In this document: piece by piece, positions 24,791 to 33,507 of the stretch | Layout: each line of letters opens with the position of its first letter | Numbering within the stretch: the first letter of the stretch is position 1 | Source: a virus | Lineage: Duplodnaviria; Caudoviricetes | Direction: 5' to 3' (one strand) | Virus record (IMG/VR): IMGVR_UViG_3300031992_000032 | Location: 1 to 64,000 of that record | DNA: 64,000 nt | Made by a program: the position numbers and the translations under genes | The notes under the pieces: model-generated | What the model saw: the letters and a program-made list of their open reading frames with translations, nothing else | Databases searched by the model: none | Told to the model about the DNA's origin: nothing

Positions 24791-25298
24791 ATGATAGAGA
24801 AAATAGATAAAGAAAAAATATCTTCATATATAGTAGGAACGCCTACGGCTTTAGAAAATATAACAAATAAAATAAATGAAATAATAGAATGCTTAAATAA
24901 TAAAGAAAAAACATATATATCAGCAAAAACAAATGCAACAATAAAAATGACTAATGCAGAAAAATATTTAAAAGATGAAAATTATAAAAAAATATTATGG
25001 TACGACTTTAAAAATTGGTATAGTAAAACAAAGTGCAATTGTCCTTATGGCATAGCATTTGCAGAATTTATGGAACAACAAATAAAACCATCTTTAACGG
25101 AAGATGAAAAAGTTATATTGAAAAACATAGACAAAATATTTGAATATATTGGAAGAACTAAAAATGGGACTTTATTTTTAAGAGTAGAAATGTGTGGTAA
25201 AACCGATGATAGAGCTTTTCATTTCTTTAACCATCTCTTCCAATTTATTAAAGAGCGGAGAAGAATATAGTATAAAAGAACTTTTAAAGGAAGAGTAA
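24791..25298 (+). CDS. Hypothetical early protein with probable +1 frameshift at CGGA (25256-25259)
   Basis: 0-frame ends ...FIKERRRI* at 25270; +1 frame gives FIKE-GEEYSIKELLKEE* ending 2 nt before the next ATG. Confidence 0.6.
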
Positions 25299-25300
25299 AA

Positions 25301-25693
25301 ATGAATAATATGGAAATACAAGTAGGAGAATATGTAAGAACTATAAGAGGGATAGTCAAAATTAAAGAAATTCATACAGTTCAAGCTCGTATGAATGGAA
25401 AAGATTATATTACCTATAAAATCAATAAACCATATATAGGTCTATCTTTGGAAGATATAGTAAATCATGATTTCAACATAATCAAATTAATAGAGGAAGG
25501 CGACTATGTGAATGGACATTTAGTTGTTGGCTTTAATGAAAAAGTTGATATAAATGGCTATAAGTATAAAGAAATTGAAATTGAAAGCGATTACTTAATA
25601 AATCATCATTTAAAATTAGAAGATATTAAATCAATTGTAACAAAAGAACAATTCAAATCTATGGAATACATATTAGGGGGTAAAGATGAATAA
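25301..25693 (+). CDS. Hypothetical protein, paralogue of 26400-26753
   Basis: Shared GEYxRT, HxFxIxxLxExGDxVNG and VTKEQF motifs. Confidence 0.75.
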   Translation: MNNMEIQVGEYVRTIRGIVKIKEIHTVQARMNGKDYITYKINKPYIGLSLEDIVNHDFNIIKLIEEGDYVNGHLVVGFNEKVDINGYKYKEIEIESDYLINHHLKLEDIKSIVTKEQFKSMEYILGGKDE

Positions 25694-25862
25694 ATACTTT
25701 GTAACTATAAAAAGAGCTTATGATGATACATTTAGTGTAGAAGCTAATGATAAAGAAGAAGCATATAGAAAGGCTTGTGAAATGTTTGACGAATATACAA
25801 TAAGTGGAAGTGAAATGTATGAGGAAGATGAAGAAATAACTGAATGTTTGCAAGAAAGCTAG
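25686..25862 (+). CDS. Small acidic hypothetical protein
   Basis: 58-aa ORF MNKYFVTIKR...VEANDKEEAYRKA. Confidence 0.6.
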   Translation: MNKYFVTIKRAYDDTFSVEANDKEEAYRKACEMFDEYTISGSEMYEEDEEITECLQES

Positions 25863-26399
25863 GTGATTATAAAAATGAGTAAAGGAGTTGGGTTGAAATG
25901 ATAGAAATAGTTTTAATTAGTATAGCTATATTATTATTAGTTTTACAATTTTTAGAATATAAATTTGACTTTGCTTCTAATTGGATTGTAGGAAGAAGAG
26001 GAAAAGACTTATTTAAAGATTTTTATATTGATATCACCGAGAATGAAGATGGAGATTATAAACATAACTAATGCAGAAGAATTTTTTATTAAAGAATTAT
26101 TGGAGGATAACAAATAATGAAACTTGAAGATGGCGTAGAGATGGTTAATGATGGAGGAAACACATTTTTGCTTATGAAAAACAAAGATGGAACTCATTTT
26201 GTCAAACCCTTTTTAACCTTACATCCTGAATTGTTAGAAAAATACATAAAAGAATTACATGAAGAAGAAGGTAGAACAGAGAAGAATACTTAATAAAAAA
26301 AATATACTCATCTACCAAGTAGTAGAAGGAGTTTACGCATAAGTATAAAGATGCAAACCCTTTATGCTTATGTTGATTTTTTAAAAGGAGTTGATAAAT

Positions 26400-26753
26400 A
26401 TGGAAGATAAAAAACCTAAAATTGGAGAATATATTAGAACAACAGATGGAGATATTTTTAAATTAATTACATATTATAATTTAGGTAGATTTAAACAAAT
26501 GCAGGGTAATATGGGAACACTTTATGGCGGATCTGATAAAATAATTAAAAAACATTCTTTTGATATAAGAGATTTATTTGAATTCGGAGATTTTGTTAAC
26601 GGAAGAAGATTGCAAAAAGCTGGAGAGATGTTAGGTTTAACAGACCTACAATATGGAACATTTTATGGAATAAAGAGAATTCAAGTGGTATCTTTTGTAA
26701 CAAAAGAACAATTTGCAAGTCAAGAAAAATGGAATAAGAAATTAATAAAATAA
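26400..26753 (+). CDS. Hypothetical protein, paralogue of 25301-25693
   Basis: Shared motifs as above; AAGGAG SD. Confidence 0.7.
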   Translation: MEDKKPKIGEYIRTTDGDIFKLITYYNLGRFKQMQGNMGTLYGGSDKIIKKHSFDIRDLFEFGDFVNGRRLQKAGEMLGLTDLQYGTFYGIKRIQVVSFVTKEQFASQEKWNKKLIK

Positions 26754-26803
26754 AAATTTTATTGGAGAAAAATATTGTATTTAAAAGAGGAGGAATGATA
26801 GTC

Positions 26804-27478
26804 ATGGGTACTTATATTACAGGTGATTGTCATGGGAATTTTGAAAAATTAATATCATTTACAATGAAAATGAATTTAAAAGAAACAGATAATATTATTG
26901 TGCTTGGTGATATGGGATTATGTTGGAGAAAAGATGGAGAAGATCTAAAGAAATTTGTATATAGATGGGAAGAAAAATTGGAAAAAAGACCTTATTTATA
27001 TTTTATAGATGGTAATCATGAGAATTTTGATCTTCTTAAAACATTTAAGGATGGGGTTATTTCTGCTCATATCCACTGGTTAAGGCGTGGAACTGTGTTA
27101 TATTTTGAAGGTAAAAAATGTTTATTTATTGGCGGGGCAGATTCAATAGATAAATTTCGTAGGACTAAACATTTATCTTGGTGGGAAGATGAACAAATAA
27201 CAAAAGAAGATATAGAAAATATATCATCAGGTCATTATGATTATGTATTTTCTCATTGTTGTCCTTATTCTATCTTTCAAAAATACTATCCTTATCTTGC
27301 AGATCCTCAATTTATGGGAGAAGATTTTGATAAAACAAGTGAAAAAATGTTAGATGAGTTAAAAGATAAAATTAAATATGACCATTGGTATTTTGGTCAT
27401 TATCATAAAGATAAACATTTCTATGATGATGATGGTACTTATTGTTGTTTATATGAAGGATGGGAGGAAATTAGATAA
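26804..27478 (+). CDS. Calcineurin-like metallophosphoesterase
   Basis: GDCHG, LGDMG, DGNHE, FSH and FGHYH motifs. Confidence 0.9.
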   Translation: MGTYITGDCHGNFEKLISFTMKMNLKETDNIIVLGDMGLCWRKDGEDLKKFVYRWEEKLEKRPYLYFIDGNHENFDLLKTFKDGVISAHIHWLRRGTVLYFEGKKCLFIGGADSIDKFRRTKHLSWWEDEQITKEDIENISSGHYDYVFSHCCPYSIFQKYYPYLADPQFMGEDFDKTSEKMLDELKDKIKYDHWYFGHYHKDKHFYDDDGTYCCLYEGWEEIR

Positions 27479-27479
27479 T

Positions 27480-28062
27480 ATGATGGAAAAATTTTTAAGA
27501 ATATTTGCAGCAATATTCGCAGCTGTATTATTTACTTTTATTATTGCAATTCCATTAGAAATAATTTATGCGGGATTTACTATACAACCACTTGCCGCAA
27601 GAGTATTTTTCTATGGATTATCTATATGTTGGGTATTATGGTTTATTTATGACCGCGTTAATGTAGAAACTATAATAGACAAGGATGATGATCGACATGA
27701 ATAAGATTATAGATTTCAAGACCGGAAAACCGCTAGATATTTCTGCACTTGAAAAAACGCAAGAAAATAAAGAAGAACAAACAAAAAAAGAATATTTAGC
27801 AGAAGAAGTTGAGCGCAGAAAAAATCTTATACGTAGGCAACTTTGGGAAATAATTGGAGTTGCTATTAGTCAGATAGATGGAAAAACTTATAAATTAAGT
27901 CAATATATAGAAGATACTGATGCTGTTGAAGGAGATCACATAACAAATGGAGGCTATCTTAATAATGATGAATGCCATATTTGTTATGAAATATTAGAAT
28001 ATGTAGAACCTCTTGTTAATAGTGTTGCTAATCAATTACATACAGTAATAGACTTGTTATAA
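27480..28062 (+). CDS. Two hypothetical genes (27480-27704 two-TM membrane protein; 27697-28062)
   Basis: Intact overlapping ORFs. Confidence 0.65.
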
Positions 28063-28151
28063 ACAAGTCTATTGTTTTTTTATAAAAAAAATGTTATAAT
28101 ATATTTATAGAAAAAAAGAAAAATAATAAAAATGAAAGGAAGTTGATAGTA

Positions 28152-29459
28152 ATGTTAAAAACAAGAGAAGTATTAGAAAAATTAGATATAATTGATAGAG
28201 GGTTATATAAGGATATGATTAACCAAGTAAATTTACCAGATTTTTATAAATGCATTGCACAATTTTCTGGATTAAACATAAAAGAAATAAAAGATGATGT
28301 TATGGTAAATTATTTGCTTACTTGGGCAAAAAATAAAATTAAATATTTTAAAATGTTTGGAAATAAGCTTCAATTAGATATTCCTTTTACATATAAAGAA
28401 ATGGGTGATGATAGAAGAAATAAATTTAGAGATTTAGAAATTAAATATGTAAAATATGCAAGTTGGATTGAGGCTTTTAAAGACCAAGAAACCTTAAAGA
28501 TGAATCAACGAGAAATGGATTGGGATGTTAGAGATTTAATTAAAAGATTATTCCCTACTCTTGCTATTGATGGAACTGCTATTACACATTTCTTTAAACA
28601 ATATTTAAAAGTTGAAGATGAAGTTGTAACTGATATTGGTAGAATATATGAAAATAATAAAATTGAAGCTACTTTTACTATGTCCATTGACCCTGTTGAT
28701 ATAATGCTTGCTAGTGAAAATCCATATGATTGGTGTTCTTGTTATAAATTAGAATTAAATAGAGAAGATTCTCATGCCGATGGTTGTATGGCGGCAGTGC
28801 TTGATCATGCATCTATCATTACTTATGTTTGGAATAGGCATGGAAAATTTACATTAGGTGGAAAATATGTATTTAATGATATAAGATATAAAAGAATGAG
28901 AATGTGGATTGCTTTATCTGAGGATATGAAAGCTATACATTTTAATTCAGTTTACCCTGGCCGCTGTGACTATTCTGATGATTTCATCAAACAATTAAGA
29001 GAAGAAGTTGAAACTGTAATTGCTAATTATTTAGAAGTAGATAATAGATGGAAGAAAAATAGTTGTGGTAGTGCATATAGAGTTAATCCATATGGTTACT
29101 CTGAATACGACAGTGGAAATGTATATTGTTTAATTGAAAAAGATTGCTCAGGACAAGATAAAGTTTATACAGATTATGAAATTGGAGTATTTGATGAACA
29201 AATTGAGGATGCTCTTGGAGAAGGAATTTTAAAAGGTTCATATATTGGAGAAGATTGTGAAGATTATGATGAAGATGAAAATAATGATTGCGTATTTTAT
29301 AATGGAAAAGGTTTCTTAACAAAAAATTATAAAAGAAAATATTATTGTGAACGTGGAGATGAATATTGCGATTGGTGTACAGAAGATGGTATTTGTAATT
29401 GTCCAAATGGTTGCGAATGGAATGAAGATGATGATGAAGATGAAGATGAAGAAGATTAA
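28152..29459 (+). CDS. Large hypothetical early protein with Cys-rich, acidic C-terminus
   Basis: Intact ORF with its own promoter; SIDPVDIMLASENPYDWCSCY motif. Confidence 0.8.
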   Translation: MLKTREVLEKLDIIDRGLYKDMINQVNLPDFYKCIAQFSGLNIKEIKDDVMVNYLLTWAKNKIKYFKMFGNKLQLDIPFTYKEMGDDRRNKFRDLEIKYVKYASWIEAFKDQETLKMNQREMDWDVRDLIKRLFPTLAIDGTAITHFFKQYLKVEDEVVTDIGRIYENNKIEATFTMSIDPVDIMLASENPYDWCSCYKLELNREDSHADGCMAAVLDHASIITYVWNRHGKFTLGGKYVFNDIRYKRMRMWIALSEDMKAIHFNSVYPGRCDYSDDFIKQLREEVETVIANYLEVDNRWKKNSCGSAYRVNPYGYSEYDSGNVYCLIEKDCSGQDKVYTDYEIGVFDEQIEDALGEGILKGSYIGEDCEDYDEDENNDCVFYNGKGFLTKNYKRKYYCERGDEYCDWCTEDGICNCPNGCEWNEDDDEDEDEED

Positions 29460-29547
29460 TCATCTTCTTCATTTTTTTTATTGATTTTTTATAAAAAAAA
29501 TGTTATAATAATTATAGAAAATAAAAAAGAAAAAGGGGTTGATTGTT

Positions 29548-29985
29548 ATGGGTTATTATAGTGATGTTAAAGTTATTATGTCAAAAGAAGATTGGAAAGA
29601 ATTTAAAGATGGTGTTATAAATGAAAATTTAATTAATCATTTAGGAGAAAAATATAACATAGATTTCAGTCAAATAGATAAATATGAAATAGAACATTTT
29701 TTTGGAACTTGTAGTGTTATTGACCTATCTAATTCAAATGATTTAGTTGTGTTAGCTTGGGAAAGGATAAAATGGAGAGAGTATGATAAAGATTCAATGT
29801 GTTCAGTATTTTGGGCATGGCTTGATGATTTAGAAGAAAGAAATCATTTATTTAATTATATTAGAATTGGTGAAGATTGGGGAGATAATGATACAAGAGA
29901 ATATGATGGCGGCGATTATGATAAGTTTTATGATGATGGCTATGGCAGAATTGAGATAGTAAGAAGCATTGAGGTATTTGATTAA
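29548..29985 (+). CDS. Hypothetical early protein
   Basis: MGYYSDV...YIRIGEDWGD; own promoter. Confidence 0.75.
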   Translation: MGYYSDVKVIMSKEDWKEFKDGVINENLINHLGEKYNIDFSQIDKYEIEHFFGTCSVIDLSNSNDLVVLAWERIKWREYDKDSMCSVFWAWLDDLEERNHLFNYIRIGEDWGDNDTREYDGGDYDKFYDDGYGRIEIVRSIEVFD

Positions 29986-30048
29986 TTTTTGATTTTTTAT
30001 AAAAAAAATGATATAATATATATAGAAAATAAAAAAGGAGATGATTTT

Positions 30049-30342
30049 ATGGCTAAAACAAAAAGTGAGAAAAAAGTTAATAAAATAGTAAAAGCTATAA
30101 ATCGTAGTCTCGAAAAAGATGTCTTTAAAAATAGATTTTGGATTAGACAAGTAAAAAAAGCTAGAGCAGATGGAATTTCTTTTTTTATATTTGAAATGAA
30201 AGATAGGGAAGATCCATCAAGAGATAAGATAATGCATGGCTGGATAGATGAATTTGAAGCTACTATGTTTCGTCAATTAGATATAGAAATAAATAATTTT
30301 ATCGTGACTAGCGATTTTTGGACAAAATATAAAAAAAATTAA
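30049..30342 (+). CDS. Hypothetical early protein
   Basis: Own promoter and SD. Confidence 0.7.
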   Translation: MAKTKSEKKVNKIVKAINRSLEKDVFKNRFWIRQVKKARADGISFFIFEMKDREDPSRDKIMHGWIDEFEATMFRQLDIEINNFIVTSDFWTKYKKN

Positions 30343-30471
30343 TTGATTTTTTTAAAAATAAATGTTATAATATTTATAGAAAATAAAAAAAATTATTTCT
30401 TATTTTCTCCAGCGTCAACTTGATGTAAAAAGAGATTAATTGAAGTATCTAAACGGTTGTATCTTCAATTC

Positions 30472-30519
30472 GGTGCTACCTGAGGCTCGGTAGTTAAATG
30501 TCAAGAGCGATAGACAGCC
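30472..30519 (+). ncRNA. Unknown two-hairpin kissing-loop RNA motif, copy 1 (others at 31795-31839, 32851-32896)
   Basis: GGTG-CTACY..RGTAG-nnAAA-TGTN..NACA-GCC with compensatory changes among three copies. Confidence 0.65.
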
Positions 30520-30833
30520 TGACTAATCTTAATATTAAAGAAACTGATCCAGAGATGGAAAAGAGATAAGCTCGCGCGTGGGTGATGCTACTTAGTTCTT
30601 TTCAGTGGTGCTAAGATATTAAGATTTAACAATTATAATAGATATTAGATTGCTCGACGTAGACTGAGCAATTGGAACGCGAATAACTTATCAAGAAATT
30701 CCTTGATGCCATCTAAAAGAGGAATTGAGAGGTTATTTAAGATATAAGTGGGTAGGATGATGGACACCATTTATATGCCTAGGATTTCGGGTTACTAGGG
30801 TATCTATTAAAATTGACACCTTCGGGTGTCTAT

Positions 30834-30889
30834 GAGAAGCAATTGGAATACCTCCTCGTGGTGCTTCTCGGGTAATGCTAAAAGTCCAA
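30834..30889 (+). ncRNA. Minimal HDV-like (theta-type) self-cleaving ribozyme, copy 1
   Basis: P1 gagaagc/gcttctc, P3 acc-tcctcgt-ggt, P1.1 GG, J4/2 CTAA, P2 ttgga/tccaa. Confidence 0.75.
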
Positions 30890-30979
30890 AAGTGTAGACT
30901 TACACCGCTAAGTCCGTAGTTGCCGCCGTGGGGCGTAGTGCCAGACCGTTAACTGAATAGAATACCACGGATTTTTTAT

Positions 30980-31065
30980 GGGCGGGTTGCCGAGTTGGTC
31001 AAAGGCGGCGGACTGTAACTCCGTTCTCATCGAGTTCGAAGGTTCAAATCCTTCCCCTCCCACCA
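30980..31065 (+). tRNA. tRNA-Tyr(GTA)
   Basis: Cloverleaf, ctGTAac loop, long variable arm, CCA. Confidence 0.9.
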
Positions 31066-31068
31066 TAT

Positions 31069-31155
31069 GGACGAGTGGTGGAATAGGCAGACACACAGGA
31101 CTTAAAATCCTGTGGGAGCAATCTCGTGTGGGTTCAAGTCCCACCTCGTCCACCA
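31069..31155 (+). tRNA. tRNA-Leu(TAA)
   Basis: Cloverleaf, ctTAAaa loop, CCA. Confidence 0.92.
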
Positions 31156-31158
31156 TAT

Positions 31159-31243
31159 GGGCGATTGATGGAATTTGGCAGACATGCTAGACTTAGAATC
31201 TAGTGTCATAGACGTACAGGTTCAAGTCCTGTATCGCCCACCA
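31159..31243 (+). tRNA. tRNA-Leu(TAG)
   Basis: Cloverleaf, ctTAGaa loop, CCA. Confidence 0.92.
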
Positions 31244-31252
31244 TATGAAATT

Positions 31253-31328
31253 GAGGATGTAACTCAGTTGGTAGAGTACAAAACTTTTAATTTTGGAGTC
31301 GAGAGTTCAAGTCTCTCCATCCTCACCA
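31253..31328 (+). tRNA. tRNA-Lys(TTT)
   Basis: Cloverleaf, ctTTTaa loop, CCA. Confidence 0.92.
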
Positions 31329-31341
31329 ATAGAATTTTTAT

Positions 31342-31417
31342 GGGGATTTAGCTCAGCTGGGAGAGCATCTGCCTTACAAGCAGGGGGTCATAGGTTCGAG
31401 CCCTATAGTCCCTACCA
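31342..31417 (+). tRNA. tRNA-Val(TAC)
   Basis: Cloverleaf, ctTACaa loop, CCA. Confidence 0.93.
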
Positions 31418-31420
31418 TAT

Positions 31421-31495
31421 CGCCCGTTGGTCAAGAGGTTAAGACACGACCCTTTCACGGTCGGGACGTGGGTTCAATTCCCGCACGGGTGACCA
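31421..31495 (+). tRNA. tRNA-Glu(TTC)
   Basis: Cloverleaf, ctTTCac loop, CCA. Confidence 0.92.
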
Positions 31496-31501
31496 AAGAA
31501 T

Positions 31502-31734
31502 ATCAATATCATAGATAAATCATAAGTTGAAAAACAGAACTCTGGCTACGTAGAACTTATGGGGCGGAAACGTCAGGAAGTTCAGGGCACTCATTACCTG
31601 AGATGGTAGTTAAAAGATGTTGGCGGCAACAGAGACGAGAATTGTGAAACGGGCGACAGCCTATCTGGGTGAAACTCAAATAATGGTAGAGGAACTTCAA
31701 TAGGGAAATGAACTGAGTTGAAGATGATATTGAT
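31502..31734 (+). ncRNA. rnpB: Circularly permuted minimal B-type RNase P RNA
   Basis: CR-IV (AGATAAAT) and CR-V (ACAGAACTCTGGCT) precede CR-I (AGGAAGTTCAGGGC); P4 with bulged U, P2, P3-GAAA, L5.1 TGAGAT, CR-II/III, L15 GGT and P15.1 all present; ends closed by an 11-bp helix. Confidence 0.85.
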
Positions 31735-31794
31735 TTTTTATAAAAAAAATGTTATAATATATATAGAAAATAAAAAAAGAAATTTAAAAATTTT

Positions 31795-31839
31795 GGTGCT
31801 ACTTACTCTCAGTAGATAAATGTTGGAGAACAAACAGCC
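31795..31839 (+). ncRNA. Kissing-loop motif, copy 2
   Basis: ctact/agtag and tgtt/aaca stems; tctc/gaga loop pairing. Confidence 0.6.
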
Positions 31840-32102
31840 TGTAGTCGAAGGATCGCAAACACCTTCCATTCTTTGGAAAACAGCGTGATGCTGAAAGAAC
31901 AAATGTTCAGCACAAAAATATGTGTGGTTCGAGTGACCTTAAGCTCTCCTTAGTTTAATAAGTTGGAAACAAAGCAGGTAATACGAAAGTATTAGCACGG
32001 AAGCCTGTGCGGCTAGGAGGAAATGCCTAGCATTTATATGCCGATTGTGGGTAGTAGGGTCGCTCCCTATGGCAGGTTCGATTCCTGCAGGCAGCTTTAT
32101 AT

Positions 32103-32177
32103 AGCGGGATGGAGCAGCGGTAGCTCAACAGGCTCATAACCTGAAGGTCGAGGGTTCGAATCCCTCTCTCGCAACCA
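32103..32177 (+). tRNA. tRNA-Met(CAT), initiator-like
   Basis: ctCATaa loop, 1:72 mismatch, CCA. Confidence 0.85.
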
Positions 32178-32238
32178 ACTAGTCGGGTTTGTCTATTTAT
32201 CGTGAAAAAATAGAACGTATAGCTATATAGTATAAAAT

Positions 32239-32329
32239 AGAAATGCTTTCAAAGGTTCGAATCCTTTCCCCTAAAAAGGTGGCAGAGCGGTTAATTGCAC
32301 TAGGACACATGTTCTAGTAAAGCATTTCT
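32239..32329 (+). ncRNA. Circularly permuted tRNA-like RNA (T arm before D arm)
   Basis: agaaatgcttt/aaagcatttct closing helix; aaagg-TTCGAAT-ccttt; tggcagagcggttaattgca D arm; actaggac/gttctagt hairpin. Confidence 0.7.
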
Positions 32330-32332
32330 TTT

Positions 32333-32391
32333 GGAGAACTTGATAGTAACCTCCTCGTGGTGTTCTCTGGATTAAAACTAATAACTATCAA
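32333..32391 (+). ncRNA. Minimal HDV-like (theta-type) ribozyme, copy 2
   Basis: P1 ggagaac/gttctct (G-U at cleavage site), P2 ttgatagt/actatcaa, ACCTCCTCGTGGT core, CTAA. Confidence 0.8.
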
Positions 32392-32395
32392 ATAT

Positions 32396-32471
32396 TGTCC
32401 TTTAGCTCAATGGTTAGAGCAACTGGCTCATAACCAGATGGTTCGGAGTTCAAATCTCTGAAGGACAACCA
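32396..32471 (+). tRNA. tRNA(CAT), elongator Met or Ile2
   Basis: Cloverleaf, ctCATaa loop, CCA. Confidence 0.88.
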
Positions 32472-32476
32472 AAAAT

Positions 32477-32552
32477 TGAGGCATAGCCCAATGGATAGAG
32501 CAACGCCCTTCTAAGGCGTGTGTTACAGGTTCAAGTCCTGTTGCCTCAACCA
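32477..32552 (+). tRNA. tRNA-Arg(TCT)
   Basis: acgcc-ctTCTaa-ggcgt, CCA. Confidence 0.9.
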
Positions 32553-32559
32553 TATAAAT

Positions 32560-32636
32560 TGGGGTGTAGCTCAGCAGGTGGTAGCGAGTGACTGTTAATC
32601 ACTAGGTCGGTGGTTCGAGCCCACTCACCCCAGCCA
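32560..32636 (+). tRNA. tRNA-Asn(GTT)
   Basis: Cloverleaf, ctGTTaa loop, GCCA end. Confidence 0.9.
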
Positions 32637-32850
32637 ATAATTTTTCATTGATTTTTTATAAAAGAAATGTTATAATAATTATAGAAAATAAAAAAAGAGT
32701 TACTTAACTTTCTTAAAAAAGTTAAGTGGTGTATGGTATATAGGATAGTAACCTTTTCTATTGAATAAATAACTTGGCGACTACGGAGATTGGTAGTTGA
32801 CTTTTAGTCTTGTTTTAAGAGGAAATAAGATAGTTCTTATTAAATAATTT

Positions 32851-32896
32851 GGTGCTACCTGAGGCTCGGTAGTCAAATGTGGGAGAACACACAGCC
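32851..32896 (+). ncRNA. Kissing-loop motif, copy 3
   Basis: ctacc/ggtag and tgtg/caca stems. Confidence 0.6.
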
Positions 32897-33098
32897 AATA
32901 AGGATGAATATTTAAGCCTACAGCTTACTTATTCAAGAGATTAAGTAGTCCGAGGGGAGTATTCTGGATTGTAGGAGATGGAAGAAACAAAGGAGGCGAA
33001 CAATCTACCTAAAACTTTTAATATTAAATATATAATATGACGATATTATATATTCAAAGGACGTGAGACATAGATTAGCTACCTATGCAGTCCTTAAT

Positions 33099-33152
33099 GG
33101 AGGACAGCTGAAACACCTCCTCGTGGTGTCCTCTGGGTAACGCTAAGTTTCA
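33099..33152 (+). ncRNA. Minimal HDV-like (theta-type) ribozyme, copy 3
   Basis: P1 ggaggac/gtcctct, P2 tgaaac/gtttca, ACCTCCTCGTGGT core, GCTAA. Confidence 0.8.
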
Positions 33153-33507
33153 AACAATATAGATTTACAATTACCGCCGTAGTGTCAAATACTAATTAAA
33201 TAGAACACTACGGATTTTAATTATAAAATCAAAGAATTAAAAATATATAGTTTCGCCAAAATGATGTAGATTTTGGTCTCTGTTGCAACAACCCTTTCAT
33301 TGTCAGTGGTTGATAAGTGAGGACAAAGACAGAGATAAGTCCTTATTTATCTTAATAAATAATTTTATATTGATTTTTTAATAAAATTATTATATAATAT
33401 ATATAGAAAATAAGAAAAGAAATAATATCGTTTGTATGGTGTAACTCCATATAAAAAAAATTAATAGCTTGCGGAGGTTGAAAAATCCTATTTTCTTATT
33501 TTCTACA

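Noticed and set aside
30472-30519. Pistol or twister ribozyme call for the kissing-loop motif
   Set aside because: Has the hairpin-AAA start but lacks the pistol P3/GU cleavage junction and the twister UAA/GAGGG core
30923-30970. Hatchet ribozyme resemblance (GTGGGGC...TAGTGCCAGACCGTTAA...ACCACG)
   Set aside because: No P4 or convincing P1, and the paralogous copy at 33174 lacks these residues
30908-31190. ORFs 30908-31156(-) and 30978-31190(+)
   Set aside because: They overlap bona fide tRNA genes and are shadow ORFs
31159-32552. Possible suppressor tRNAs (TAG, TTCA or CTA strings in anticodon loops)
   Set aside because: Centred in 7-nt loops the anticodons are TAG (Leu), TTC (Glu) and TCT (Arg); no TCA or CTA suppressor in this window
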